Source: Eledone cirrhosa (taxonomy: Eukaryota). From it: 64,000 bases of DNA. Positions within the stretch are counted from its first letter, which is position 1; each line of letters begins with the position of its first letter. The stretch covers positions 124,001 through 188,000 of the forward strand of contig CAXHJY010001117.1 in assembly GCA_964016885.1 (NCBI GenBank), given 5' to 3'. A program made the translations under genes and the position numbers. This document shows positions 1-15,601 of the stretch, one piece after another. The notes under the pieces are model-generated. The model was not told the DNA's origin, made no database searches, and was given only the letters and a program-made list of their open reading frames with translations.

Positions 1-69
1 GAAGTTTTCTGCCAAGACAGGGATTGAACCATCAGCACAGTTGAGGTATGTCATACATCAATTTATGTA

Positions 70-131
70 TTTTATCTGATGAGGACGTACTGAAAAAACA
101 GCACAGTACCTCCGAAATATATATAATAAAA
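70..131 (+). ncRNA. Type I hammerhead ribozyme (Penelope-like/retrozyme type)
   Basis: Stem I TTTTAT(70-75)/ATAAAA(126-131); CTGATGA 76-82; stem II GGA-c-GTACTG...CAGTAC-c-TCC; GAAA 114-117; palindromic stem III ATATATAT; AUA cleavage triplet ending 125. Confidence 0.75.
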
Positions 132-177
132 CAAATATTTTGAATATGTAAATGTCTCCATTTATTAATATTTTGAA

Positions 178-222
<45 letters not shown>

Positions 223-361
223 GTATATATATATATATATATATTTATATGTATATGTGTATGTATATATATAATACGAGTATGTGTATCTATATATTTA
301 TATACAGGTTTTTGTGAGATTTGTGTGCGTGCCGTAACTTTTCGGCGTTTATGCATTTGTT

Positions 362-515
<154 letters not shown>

Positions 516-1925
516 CCTTGCCTGTTTCGGTGCATGCGCAGTGAGAATAGGGTGCATCGTGATATAACTTAGATAAAATAAATAGACATGTGGCAAGATA
601 GACAGACAGACAGACATACAGAATAGATAGATAGATAGATATATATAGATAGATAGATAGAGTGGGGAAGAAGCCATCGTTAATATTGCAAAGCAATTAT
701 AAAGACAGGCAATAAAATATTTAAGGAGTTCGACAGATCGAACTTCTCATGTCACTGATCACGATTTCGTGAAATTACATCCAACAGCATGCACTAGTTT
801 TTGTCTCAACATTACTCTATGTTTATATATATATATATTTTTGTATTCTTACGCAATTTAGGTGTAATTAAAGACAATGCTTACTTCTGAAGCGAATATT
901 CCTCCGCGCTTCCGTTCAATATCGTTTGTTCACACGTCTCAGAGAAGTCATAGCTTTAAGCGGGTTTGTTTAGTGTGGTGGTTGTGTTGTTGTGGTGTGG
1001 TGGTTGTGTTGGTGCTGTGGTAGTGGTGTATGGGTTGAGGTGGTGATGGTGGTAGTGATGGTGGTGGTTTGGTGGTGGCAGTGGCTGTAGTAGTGACAGT
1101 GATGGTTGGTGGTGGTTGCTGTGGTGGTGATTGTGTTATTGAGCTCTTTATATGGGTGTTGTTGTTGTGGTGGTGGTGTTGTTGTCATTAGTTTCGGTGG
1201 TGTTGGTTATGGTTGGTGTGGTGGTTGTGGGATATTATGGTAGTAGTAGTTGTGGTGATAGTGAGGTGTTGAGACCGTTGTCATTGGTTATAATGCTGAC
1301 GGTGTTGTAGACGCACATACACACACATAATCAAATAGACACATACACACACATACACGTAATCACAGTCAAATACACACACTCACATACTTATACACAC
1401 ATATTAACACACACACACGCAGTCTGACAATAAAATTCACACATTCACACATACATACACAATCACACACACACATTCACAGTCTCTCAAAGACACACAC
1501 AGACACACACACTGAGATACACACTGACACACACATATTAACACTAGTTACATACTCAAGAGAAATCCAACTTTGTTAAATTTTTGATAAAGATTAAACA
1601 GTCATCTTTAGTTTTTACAGTATCATCAATTCATTTCTAGTTAATTATTCATCAGGGAGGTTAATTACCTCGGCACGCTGAATTCTAATCATGAAAAAAA
1701 AAAAATCTCTAATTCTTCGTTATCGGTATATAGACATTTAAGTGTCAACAGAGAGAAAATAATTTAAAACTTGATTCGAAATTGCTATGTATAGGTATGA
1801 AGGTCGCCTGAAAAAAATTATAGGATGGAAATCTTATACTTTGACCAAGATTATACGACTGTAGGATCATTCGTTTATAGTTCATAGTCTAATAGGCAAC
1901 TTCTGAAATGTCCAGACGATCTCCG

Positions 1926-1995
<70 letters not shown>

Positions 1996-2078
1996 GAACG
2001 GATTACATTTCAAAGCCGGGTCGCTTCTTAAACTTTAATCGAGCCCTTTTCAGATTTTAGTCTTCACGTTTATTATTA

Positions 2079-2119
<41 letters not shown>

Positions 2120-2385
2120 GTAATGATATTAAATTTGCAGAATAAAATCCAAAGAGAGCTCGAGAAGAATGAATATACATCAAATATATAACAACCCTAG
2201 AGCAATATATTTATTAAAATAACAGATTAGAGTCTAAGCAAAGAATCGCCGCTTAATATATATGTTTGTATATATATATATATATATATATAGCTGATAT
2301 CGAATTGCAAGTGACTGAGCATTCGTGGGTCGCATGAAACATATCAGAATTATTCTAGAAAATGAGCAGAATCAGTAAAGCTTCG

Positions 2386-2580
2386 GAAAACAGGTTTTAT
2401 ATCATAAAGTTACAGCTCTTTAGTAACTGGGTTAGCTTTAAATGCCAGTGAGGCTAGCTTTACCTTTCAACCCTAATGGGTCGATAAAATAAACCACCAG
2501 GTTGAACTGGTTCGATATATTGGGCTTTCTCCTCCCCTAAAATTGCTGGCCTTGTCCCTAAATCAGAAATAATTGTTAAT
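2386..2580 (+). mobile_element. Degenerate tRNA-derived SINE (Meta-like core)
   Basis: Core TTTACCTTTCAACCCTAATGGGTCGATAAAATAAACCACCAG and tail GCTGGCCTTGTCCCTAAA match copies at 21.5, 27.1, 29.4 and 45.3 kb. Confidence 0.6.
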
Positions 2581-2781
2581 ATTATAAGTATCGTAGACTT
2601 CCACTTATAGATTGCAATTCCGGTGAGTTGTGTCGGTGGAGTGGTTTGAAGCTTAGAGATACCTCCTACGAGTTAAAGAGCAACATCATTCCGTATCACA
2701 GAGATATACATACATATACACAGATACATGAATATAGTGACATGCATACACAGACTTGCACACACATATACACACACAACG

Positions 2782-2828
<47 letters not shown>

Positions 2829-3256
2829 ATACACAGTCACAAACACAAACACAACCACACACATGTATATATGAATATATATGTATATATATATATATGT
2901 GTGTGTATATATATGTATATATTTATGTAAATATATATGTATGTATGTATATGTATATATGTCTGAGTATCTTTATGTATGCACATATATATATATATAT
3001 ATATATATGTATATGTATATATATGTATATATATATATGCATATATAAAGATACTCAGACATATATACATATACATACATACATATATATTTACATACAT
3101 ATATACGTATACATACACACGCATATATATATATATATATACATGTACCGTAGGATTATATTCTCGTCGGTGTAAATCAACAGTTCAGACGTTCGTAGCG
3201 ACGAAGTTAGCCTGAGGAGATAAGATGCTGAAATGAAGTAGCGAAAGATTGGTAGT

Positions 3257-4600
<1,344 letters not shown>

Positions 4601-4747
4601 TCTTTGGTGATAATCTTTTTCCTGTGTAGAATCGTGATTGAGTGATTGAAGATGGCGTAAATTTCTGTGTTTCGTGACATTTTATAGAATATAGAAGGGT
4701 ACATTATACACACACACACACACACAGACATATATATATACATATAA

Positions 4748-4794
<47 letters not shown>

Positions 4795-4912
4795 TATAAA
4801 TATGTATATATATATATATATAGATAGATATGTATAAGAAATATATATACATGTATATGTAAATATATATAATCATATATATATATTTACATACGTATAT
4901 ATATATATATAC

Positions 4913-4953
<41 letters not shown>

Positions 4954-5174
4954 TATATATACATATTTATATATATATATATACAGATGTATATATAAAC
5001 ATCGATATGTGTATATATCTATTGGACATATATGTATTATATATAAATACATATATATATAAATATATATATCCATATATATGTTCATATATGTATGTGT
5101 GTATGTTTTAAATGTGTCATATACATATTCATATATATATATATATATACATATTCATATTTATATATATATAT

Positions 5175-5211
<37 letters not shown>

Positions 5212-5573
5212 CACCGATATAACACTGTGTGTGTATAGCGTATACACTAGTTGTACATACTATCTTAAATATATGAGTTTGTAAGCAGGCTTTTGACTTT
5301 GATACAAATATATACTTCTGTGCGGAAATGTTGGTTCTGCTCTCCTTTATGCTACATACATACATACACACATACATGTACACACTCGTGCGTATATATA
5401 TATACATATATATACACACACAGATACGCATATATTAACATACACATACAAACAGATGCTCATAGAGAGAGAGAGCAAGGGAGTGAGAGACAGAGAGTCT
5501 ATCGCAGATATAGAAAGACACTCACGTATATATATATATATATACATATATATTGCTATAATTATCTATCTAT

Positions 5574-5613
<40 letters not shown>

Positions 5614-5693
5614 AACTATCTATCTATATTTATATTTATATAATATGTATGTATACTATATTTATATACATGTATCAATACATATATATATAC

Positions 5694-5725
<32 letters not shown>

Positions 5726-5739
5726 CATACATTACTTAA

Positions 5740-5813
<74 letters not shown>

Positions 5814-6368
5814 GGAGAGAGAGAGAGAGAGACACATACACACACACATATATATATACTTAATATCTAAAATCATTTTATGTTCTATATATTTCCAAGT
5901 AAGATGGCCGCTTCTTAACATTTTAGTGTGTTGAGAATCTGTATAAAAGAAGAGAAAATAGAAAGGTAAATCGGACGAGAAATGGACAGTTGTGGACATA
6001 TAATCGAGAGAATGTAATATGGCTGCTTTTGACACGGAATTCGGTGAATGTTACATAGCAGACATATTGTCAAAGATTGGTTTAGTAATAAAGGTGCACC
6101 GAATGTGGTTTCTGTTGACAAACGGAGGGGATTAGTTTAAATGTTGACAGCTAAGGGAGATAACTTGACATGAAACAATAGAATGTTGATCTTAACATAA
6201 AGCCAGAAATAGTCTTCCCGTGTAAAACGGTTCTATATGTGGTAGGTGTACGCATGTCTGTGTTGATTGAAGGTTTCGACAGGAAAGCCCGTGTGTCTAA
6301 GTGCGTTCAGGTGTGCCAAGTATCATTTTAGAAGACTACCTGATTACTAATGTAATATATATATATAC

Positions 6369-6422
<54 letters not shown>

Positions 6423-6429
6423 TATCATT

Positions 6430-6881
6430 TTATAAGGAATAAATAACATTTTGGAAAAATGTATAAGTGGAAACAAAACTGAAATCCAATTTTTGGCGGA
6501 ACAATATCTTACCTTCTCCAATAAAAAGTATGTATTTTGCGAAATCCAGAGACTTTCAATAATGACGAGAAGTCGACCCTAAATGTTACTAATAACACTT
6601 TTTAACTTTGATTTTGAAAGTAGGTTTATAATTATCAATTTTCGCTATACCTATATATCAGTCTCGGTAGCCTAGTGGTAGGAATGAGAGACGGTGGTGA
6701 TTCTGGTCTGAAGTTCGCTCCTGTTCGTGAGTAGTATTGGTTGTAAAATTAAAACTGAAAAAGTTTACATGTACCTCTTGACCAGGATTGAACCCAAGTC
6801 CAGGATCTCCAGTACCTACCGTTAGTCCACAGAAACAACTACATAAATCTTATGAAAATTCATACTTATAAACCTACTTTT
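6430..6881. mobile_element. Dispersed repeat containing two convergent tRNA-like segments (copy A)
   Basis: A-box-like TAGCCTAGTGG at ~6668 and reverse B-box (GGATTGAACCC) at ~6785; inverted homologous copy at 49930-50368. Confidence 0.65.
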
Positions 6882-7129
6882 TGTTTCTCATCTCTCTAGA
6901 CTATATTTTATTCTGTTAATCCATGTTTCATTTCTGTTCCACTCCCCCCCCCTCTTTCTCTCTGTGATATGTGAAGCTACTAAGATTCCAGTTATTTACA
7001 CTATCGTATATTTTGGTTTCTAGTAATTCCTGGGGAATTGGTTAACCAAATAATTTGCTTAATTGTTTTATTTATTTAAAAAAAAAAATGTATTTTTTCC
7101 CTTCGATTTCAGGTATTTTTTGAAAGCAA

Positions 7130-7232
7130 AGCATTGACCCGTAAAATAGTACCGTGGGCCCTGCAATGCTACCGTGGGCCCCCTGTGGCCCATTTACCAT
7201 TGGGCAACCTGGCAATCTGGCCAGTCCGCCAC
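7130..7232. mobile_element. Probable DNA transposon/MITE end (reverse complement of AGTGGCGGAC terminus)
   Basis: GC-rich GGGCCC motifs ending GTCCGCCACT; a similar end lies at 50393-50446. Confidence 0.4.
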
Positions 7233-7323
7233 TATATATATATATATATATATATAAATATGCATGTATATACATATATACACATTTATATATATATACA
7301 TACATACATACATATATTTACAC

Positions 7324-7377
<54 letters not shown>

Positions 7378-7515
7378 TCATATCCTTATGCCATGTGGAG
7401 TAGAAAATTAGTTTACATGCATCGTGTGTGAGTCCCGTTGTATAAAATATGAGTATTTCTAAATCTTATATGAAAGGTAACTTTAATACTGACATATGTA
7501 TCGATACCAGTAATA

Positions 7516-7660
7516 GACTGGTACTTTATTAATCGATCTCGAAAGCATGTCGAATGTCAAATTGGCCCCGGCGGAAATTTGATCTCAGAACTCAGGGCAC
7601 CAGAATGAATGCCGCTAAACATACAGTCGGACGCTCTACAGCATCTGTCAAATCACCGCC
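7516..7660 (-). mobile_element. tRNA-derived SINE (Meta-like core), degenerate
   Basis: Reverse complement starts GGCGGTGATTTGACAG, has a B-box-like GAGATCAAATTTC and ends ATAAAGTACCAGT. Confidence 0.6.
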
Positions 7661-7727
7661 TCACACAAGTAAATACACCTTGATAAAAGTTTCATTTTCA
7701 TGTTTGATGATTCTCATTATCGTTTTG

Positions 7728-7776
<49 letters not shown>

Positions 7777-7938
7777 ATGCATGTATATATATATATATGT
7801 ATATATATATATACATATACATATATATATATGTATATATATATATATACATATATATACATATATACATATATATGTATATACATATATATACATATAT
7901 ATACATATATATGTATATATATATATACATATATATAC

Positions 7939-7969
<31 letters not shown>

Positions 7970-8256
7970 CATATATACATATATATACATATATATGTAT
8001 ATATATATGTATATATACATATATATACATATATATGTATATATATATGTATATATACATATATACATATATATACATATATGTATATATATGTATATAT
8101 ATATGTATATATACATATATATACATATATACATATATATACATATATGTATATATATATGTATATATATATATATATATACATATATATACATATATAC
8201 ATATATATACATATATGTATATATATGTATATATATATATATATATACATATATAC

Positions 8257-8287
<31 letters not shown>

Positions 8288-8322
8288 ATATATATATATA
8301 TATAATATATAATATATATATA

Positions 8323-8377
<55 letters not shown>

Positions 8378-8531
8378 TTATATATCTATCTATATGCATA
8401 TATATTTACATATATGCATATATGTTTATATATATTGCAAATGGCGTCCGCATATTTCTTCCTTCTGCAGGCTCTGTTTGAAAAGAATATATTGTGATAT
8501 TTATTAGATTCGAACTAATAAACCATAGTTC

Positions 8532-10378
8532 TTAGCCATGCTTATCAACGAAATGTACCAAATGCTTTGACAGAATTCCTCTGTAGTTGACATCATGCTG
8601 ACGGATTACCCTTGAACAGAAACATTGAAGAGAACAGTATCGTAATGGATTGGATATTAATTCGCAAAACTGGAGATATTCCAAGCCAGAATTGCCATTA
8701 CTATTGACGATATCAACATGGCATCCGTAGTTTAGTAAACACGATAAAACTTCCATTTGATGTTGTGAAGGGTCTTGAATAGCGTAATGTATAGCGGTAC
8801 TGCCTTGGCTGTCGACTGCATTCACGTCAGCTCCGCATTTCAGAAGGGTTTCAACTACACATGCTGGTTGGTACATTTGGATTGCAAGATGAATGAGGCT
8901 CGTCTGGTTGGTGCCATGAGGCTGATGTAGGATTAATTCTCGTAGACTTTTTTCGAAAGCTTTTCTTTCGGATTCATCTAAGGGATAGGTCAGTACAAAC
9001 TCCACCAAATCAAGAATTTCTATAAGAAGTCGTTCCAAATCTGGCAATCTCTGCAGAGTTATATCTTTGTCTTGTCCTCTCAGGTATGGAATGACATGAG
9101 AACATATATAATTTATGAAGCAATGGAATATCGGTGTCACGTGATGGGTGCTCATATTATTGGTAAGTATTGTATGCATCAGTATCGATGTAAACGTTTC
9201 GATTACATCAAGAATATCATTTTGAAGTGGATCCGGAAAATGTTCACAGAATATCAAAAGGCCATATAGCAACTGCATGCTGGAATGAAATTCACAACGT
9301 TTGATATGATGGCATGTTTTCTTCATAAATGACTTGATAGTAGTTGGATGTTTAGGGCCTAGGATTCGTGACTGCACCAACAAACCTTGAATCCACATTG
9401 CATTAGCATCAGAAGCGATTTGGTTCAGTTGTTCATTGTTTGTAAATTCTTCACCGATAATATTAACAATGGCTAAATTATGACTCGGTAGTAGTTTGTT
9501 AATCACTCCTAAACTAGGTTCACCGTACCGTAACTGCAAAGCTTTCAACCAACATACCATCACTTGTTCAGCATTGTAAATTAAATGATAATCCATCGCA
9601 AATTGACTCCCTAGGAGTTCGTAAGCCGATATTATTGCTTCACGATCGTATTGATCTGTGGCTATCAGGTATTCCATTATAGGAAGCTTACAATGGATAG
9701 CTGATAATTCCAAAGGCGTCGTCCCGTATTTGCTTCTCCTCAAAATATCTGAATTTTGTTTAACGAAAAGGTCGACAGTTTTCAACTGTCCTCTTTTTAT
9801 TGCGAAATGGAGGGCGTCCTGTCCTTTTTGGTCTACCTTATTGACATCTGCACCCAAAGACAGCAATCTACGGCATATGTGAGTATGCTGGGTTGAATTC
9901 ATTAGACAGGTCCGTCCTTTAGGATCAGGTATATCAATATCAGCTCCTTGCTCTACCAAAAATCTAAGAATTTTAGAATTTCTACAACTGACACTAATCG
10001 CGCTTTTGCCAGAACTTGCTTGTGTGTTTATATTAGCGCCACGCTTCGCTAAAGTAACCACAACATAAAAATGGTTACGCAATGCAGCAATCCAGAGAGG
10101 GGTGCATTTGATACCTACGTATGTACCCCGTTGTTCGATATTAGCATCACATTGGTCGAGAAAATAATTGATTAAGCTCACGTTACCCACATACGATGCC
10201 GTGAAAAAGAGAGGACAACCGTTTATTTTCAATGACACAATCATATATCGTTGCTTTAAATTGTATTTTCTCAATGCATTCTTGACTTTTGAAACGCTGT
10301 TCTCCCTGCTGAATTCCGTTAACAGTCTAGCAAGTTTTCTTCTTCCAGACAATTTCGAAATATCGAACTTGCATCCAG
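8532..10378 (-). CDS. fem-1: FEM-1 homolog-like protein (ankyrin repeats, TPR region, C-terminal VHL/BC box), paralog 1; large terminal exon
   Basis: 606-aa open frame; ANK motifs [26 protein letters not shown]; FEM1-typical [23 protein letters not shown] and C-terminal [13 protein letters not shown]...HFVDKH. The track start is TTG; a polypyrimidine/AG acceptor (tttcttctacag) ends at 10379; AATAAA at 8505-8500. Confidence 0.9.
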
Positions 10379-10465
10379 CTGTAGAAGAAACATTTCGTAG
10401 AAAAATAAAAGGAAATAATAATAGAGAAGAAATAAATACTAAATCTTAGATTATTTACGTAGAAA

Positions 10466-10511
<46 letters not shown>

Positions 10512-10551
10512 AATATATGTGTGTGTATATATATATATATATGTAAATATA

Positions 10552-10585
<34 letters not shown>

Positions 10586-10604
10586 GATATGTATATATAT
10601 ATAT

Positions 10605-10785
10605 GTTATTCCGGGTTGAATCGGAGGTAACCACAGTATATAAGGTACCCAATAAATAGCAGAGAATAAAAGTTTTAATATAGAAGAGCTTCTACAGGAC
10701 TAGAACCGATTCATTCGAGAGAAATCATCAGGAAGCATCTTGATGATTTTTCATGAATGAAAGAGTTCTAGTCCTGTAGAAGCTC

Positions 10786-10793
<8 letters not shown>
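10605..10793. mobile_element. Fold-back Penelope-like fragment with degenerate hammerhead cores
   Basis: Inverted arms ATAGAAGAGCTTCTACAGGACTAGAAC / GTTCTAGTCCTGTAGAAGCTCTTCTAT (10678-10793); minus-strand CTGATGA at 10731-10725. Confidence 0.55.
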
Positions 10794-10825
<32 letters not shown>

Positions 10826-10828
<3 letters not shown>

Positions 10829-11080
10829 TAGTAACACAACAGTTAGTTCCCCATACCGAGAACAATTGTTTCACTTTATGCAGATCTTCAGCTTGGACTG
10901 GTCATGGTTCTACGGAACAGGAACAACAATATTCCGTTTAACCAGGACCAATCGGAGCTGAAGATCCGCATAAGGTGAAACAATTGTTCTCGATATGGTG
11001 AACTAACGTTGTGTTACTACTTCTACCTAACTCGTCCCTTGGGCTGAGTGCTCTACCACTACGTGTATTACCTTCCAGTA
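10826..11080. mobile_element. Fold-back element with hammerhead motif in both arms
   Basis: 10826-11022 is an imperfect palindrome; + arm 10951-10994 reads ATCGGAG CTGAAGA TCCGCATAAGGT GAAA CAATTG TT CTCGAT. Confidence 0.65.
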
Positions 11081-11169
11081 TTCACACACACACACACACA
11101 CAATGTTGGCAAACGTAATGAAGCTATATTGAAAATTTACATCTAAGATTTAATACCAAATGACCAAAT

Positions 11170-11211
<42 letters not shown>

Positions 11212-11568
11212 ATAGCAGCAATGGCATCAGTAGAGTCCTTCTCCAGTAAGACAACCAATACTGTTATTCTCTTAAACGGTTTGTACGCCACTAGTTTTTC
11301 TGACTAATTAAGGATTCTCTGGTGACATTTGTAATTACTTTAAACTAAATTTAACACTATACTTTTTCAACAGAACTTCAACTAAGATGATGTAGCTTTG
11401 CACCTTTTAATTACATTTCGTGTTGGACCACGTTTAAAGTCACACGTGATTACGTCAACTTCAGTTCGGAAATGTAGGTGTCTGAATACCGAACGTTAGG
11501 TAATGGTTTCGAATGGTTTCGTATATATATATATATATATATATATATGTTTGTATGTGTATGTGTAT

Positions 11569-11689
<121 letters not shown>

Positions 11690-11695
11690 TGTCTG

Positions 11696-11734
<39 letters not shown>

Positions 11735-12039
11735 GCAAAAACATATATGGTGATGATAGTGATGATGGCGATGATGATGATGTTGACAATGACAATATCA
11801 ATGACGATGATGATGATGACGATGATTACGTCAATGATGACGAGGGAGCTGCACAAATATATTTAACAGGAATACAAATGTCAACTCTAGATACACATGA
11901 ATGAACAATTTAAACAAAAATGCAATCTACAGCAAACCTAGAATGTTTTCAGCTGTGATATATTGTATTTGTGGGATTATATTTTACTTTTAACAATTCT
12001 TTTAAAGTTCAGCCTAACATTTACACCCATCACATATAT

Positions 12040-12960
12040 AAACCTGTCACCCGTTTATTAGTGTCCTGGGGGTTTCAGTTAGGATTTACATCTGTCAATT
12101 ACTGAGAGATATCCACCTTTTATCACTGGATCACTGGTTTTAAAGGATTGGATAGGATTTACACTTGTCATGTATCTAGAGATCTAGCCCTTGTTTATGG
12201 AGGTTTTAAGGTTTTTTGTTTGCATTTTCATTAGTTAAATCTAGATAGCATTTACCCCTCTATTCCCTGGTTTTAAAGAATTGGATAGGATTTAAACTTG
12301 TCATATATCTCGATATCTATCTCTTGTTTATGAAGATTTTACGGGATTTTGTTAGAATTTACGTTCGTTAAATCTACATAGCATTTACCCCGCTATCATT
12401 GGTTTTAAAGGATTTGCTAGAATGTATATCCGTCATATCTAAAACGCTACCATCTGTTTATCAAGGTTTGAATGTTTTGGCTAAGATTTCTCCCCTTTGT
12501 GACTATAGAGCTGTCACTGTTTTAACAAAGATTTGAATTGGTGGACCAGAATTTACCCATCTAATGTATTGAGTACTCTCCTCCTCTAACAACCGTTAGA
12601 ATTTGCAAACGTCCGTTATATGTTAAGAGCTGTCATGCTTCTACCAATGTTTGGCCGCTTTCTCTTCGCATCGGTCGTTGTCGAGACCTCAGACGTACTT
12701 GGACCCCGTACTGCCGAGATCCTTCGCGAGATCGGAGCGTCGGTGGTCCGTCTGAGGAGGGAGCCCCACGTGGTTGGGTGGTTGTTGCAGCGGGTGTCAC
12801 TGGCCATCGTCCGGAGGAATGCTTTTGCCATCTTGTCTACAGGGTGCAGCACTTCTGCCCCCTTGCACTAGGATCTGTCACCATTCTATAAATGGTTAGA
12901 ATTTACACACGTAAATAGCTGTCACCATTCTACCAATTGTTAGAATTTACACACATTTTA
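12040..12960. repeat. Degenerate tandem repeat interrupted by a CRE fragment
   Basis: Recurring GGTTTTAAAGGATTGGATAGGATTTACACTTGTCA and TTAGAATTTAC motifs. Confidence 0.55.
12650..12871 (+). mobile_element. 3' fragment of CRE-clade non-LTR retrotransposon (restriction-like endonuclease C-terminus)
   Basis: GC-rich island translating FLFASVVVETSDVLGPRTAEILREIG...WLLQRVSLAIVRRNAFAIL, matching the CRE-type F.P..VET.G..G...QR.S.AI.RGNA..IL motif. Confidence 0.75.
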
Positions 12961-13423
12961 TTGTGTGTGAATGTGTGTGACTGTGTATTTGATTGTCAGA
13001 GTCTGTGTGTCTGTGTGTGTGTATAATTGTGTGTGAGTCTGTGTTTGATCGGTGAATTGGTAATGACAATAACAACATCAACACTATTACCAACACCACC
13101 ACCAACAACAACAATACCCACCACCACATCATCAGCCCACACAAGCTCTACCACCATTTTCTCTCACATCACTAAAGAGAACCTCAGAAATAAAATTATT
13201 GAAAAATTATTTTAAAAAAATCATAACGTAAAAAATTACAGAAAAACTACAGAACAAACAGAATTTTCAAAAATAAATCTCCTTATTATTTTCAATACAT
13301 ATTTCTTTCATTGTGTGTCTTTTGTATTGCATAATTGTTATTTTGTTATATTCTATCGGTTTACATTGAATAAAATATATATATTTTGAAATATATTAGG
13401 TTTGAACTAATCAACCATACCAC

Positions 13424-15270
13424 TTAGCCATGCTTATCAACGAAATAAACCAAATGTTTCGATAGGATGTGTTTGTAAATGAGATTATGCTGGCGAATGA
13501 CTCGAGCACAGAAACACTGTAGTGTGCAATGATGTAAAGGGTTTGATATTAATTTGCAAAACTGTAGATATTCCAAACCAGAGTAGCCATTACTGTTGAC
13601 GATATCAACATGGCAGCCGTGGCTTAGCAAACACGACAAAATTTCCATTTGATGTTGTGAAGAATACTGAATTGCATAATGTATAGCAGTGTTTCCCTCA
13701 CTATCGACAGCATTCACATCAGCTCCGCATTTCAGAAGTAATTCAATCACATACACGGGCTGATACATTCGAATTGAGAGTTGTAAAAGGCTGGTCTGGT
13801 TTGTACCACGGGGATGATGACGTATAAGTTGACGTAAGCTGCTTTTAAATTCCTTCGACTGTGATTCGACCAACGGGAAGTTCAACAGAAATTCAAGTAA
13901 GTCGAGAATTTCGACTAAAAATCTCTCAAAATCTGGTAATTTCTGTAGATTATCATTTAAACTTTGGTTTTTCAGAAATGGAATGACATGTGAACATATG
14001 AAATTTGTGAAACAATGGAAAATACGAAAGATGTAGTGTGTACTCATATTATATGCTAATATCGTGTGCATCAGCATCGATGTGAAAGTCCCTATTATAT
14101 CGAGTATATCATTTTGAAGTGGGTCCAAGTATTGTCCAAAGAAAATAAATATGCAATAAAGCAGTTGCATGCTTTGATGGAAGTCACTTCGGTTGATGTG
14201 AAAACATATTTTCTTCATAAAAGACTTGATAGTAGTTGGATGTTTGGGACCGAGGATTCGTGACTGAATTAACAGAGCTTGAGTCCACATTGCATTAGCG
14301 TCGGGAGACATTTGATTAAGTTGTTCATTGTTTGTAAATTCATCTCCAATAATATTAACGATGGCTAAATGATGACTTGGTAAAGCTTTATTAATCGGTG
14401 ACAAACCAGAATCTCCGTAACGTAACTGTAAAGTTTTCAACCAACATACCATCACTTGTTCTGCATTGTAAATTAAATGATAATCCATCGCAAACTGACT
14501 ACCTAGGAGTTCATAAGCCGATATTATAGCTTCACGATCATATTGATTTGTGGAGATGAGGTATTCCAATATGGCCGGCTTACAATGGATGGCAGATAGC
14601 TCTAAAGGTGTAGTACCGTTTATATCTTTTCTTAAAAGATTAGATTCGTTTCTTACGAATAAATCAACAGTTTTCAACTGTCCTCGTTTTATTGCGAAAT
14701 GTAGAGCGTCTTGTCCCTTATGATCTACGCTGTTAACATTTGCTCCCAATGTTAACAGACGACGACATATATTCGAATGCTGGGACAAATACATGAGACA
14801 GGTACGACCTTTTAAATCCGGCATATCAATATCTGCTCCTTGCTGGACAAGAAACCTTACAATCTTGGCATTTCTACAGCTAACGCTGACTGCACTTTTA
14901 CCAGAATTTGCTCGAGTGTTAACATCAGCTCCATGTTCAACTAAACTCACCACCACATAAAAATGGTTACGTAAAGCTGCAATCCAAAGCGGGGTACACT
15001 TAATCCCCACGTATGTACCACGCTGTTCAACGTGGGCATCGCATTGGTCAAGGAAATAGTTGACGAGACTCACGTTACCTGCTTGCGATGCAGCGAATAT
15101 TAAGGGGCAGCTGTTTATTTTCAAAGACACAATCATAAATCGTTGCTTCACGGTGTATCTGTTCAAAGTATTTTTCACTTTTGCCACGTTATTCTGCCTG
15201 ATAAATTCATTCAAAAGGCTCGCAATTTTTCTTCTTCCGGATAGTTTCGAGGCATCGAACTTCCGTCCCG
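13424..15270 (-). CDS. fem-1: FEM-1 homolog-like protein, paralog 2; large terminal exon
   Basis: Open frame collinear with paralog 1 over its full length with the same ANK/TPR/VHL-box motifs (TLQCFCARVIRQH). Acceptor gtttcaacag ends at 15271 at the homologous position; the track start is TTG. Confidence 0.9.
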
Positions 15271-15555
15271 CTGTTGAAACATTCCGTAGAATAGAAAGAA
15301 GACGAATACGAGTGAACAACAAGGAATCCAAGAGAGACGACGGTTTAGAAAAAAAACTTATCTACCTATTCCGAAACATTACGAAATGCGTCAGCTCAAA
15401 AAAATATTTTTCTAACATATGTATTTGTATTTACGAGGACCGGCGCCTGAAAATCTCATAGCGGCTATGTTTAAAAATATACCCCATTTTGTCTTGTCAG
15501 TTGGCCCTTCCATGACAGTATCTTGATCAGCCTGTGACCTTTTAAACCTACCCTC

Positions 15556-15601
<46 letters not shown>

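Noticed and set aside
3206-3246. CTGAGGA...GAAA..GTA hammerhead-like motif
   Set aside because: Stems II and III do not pair convincingly; at best a decayed relic
6661-6730. Functional tRNA genes here and at 16520-16596 and 49981-50045
   Set aside because: A/B boxes present but no convincing cloverleaf; they lie within dispersed repeats
15271-15331. N-terminal extension MDSLLFTRIRLL of fem-1 paralog 2
   Set aside because: TTG start in a pyrimidine-rich tract upstream of a conserved splice acceptor; likely intron
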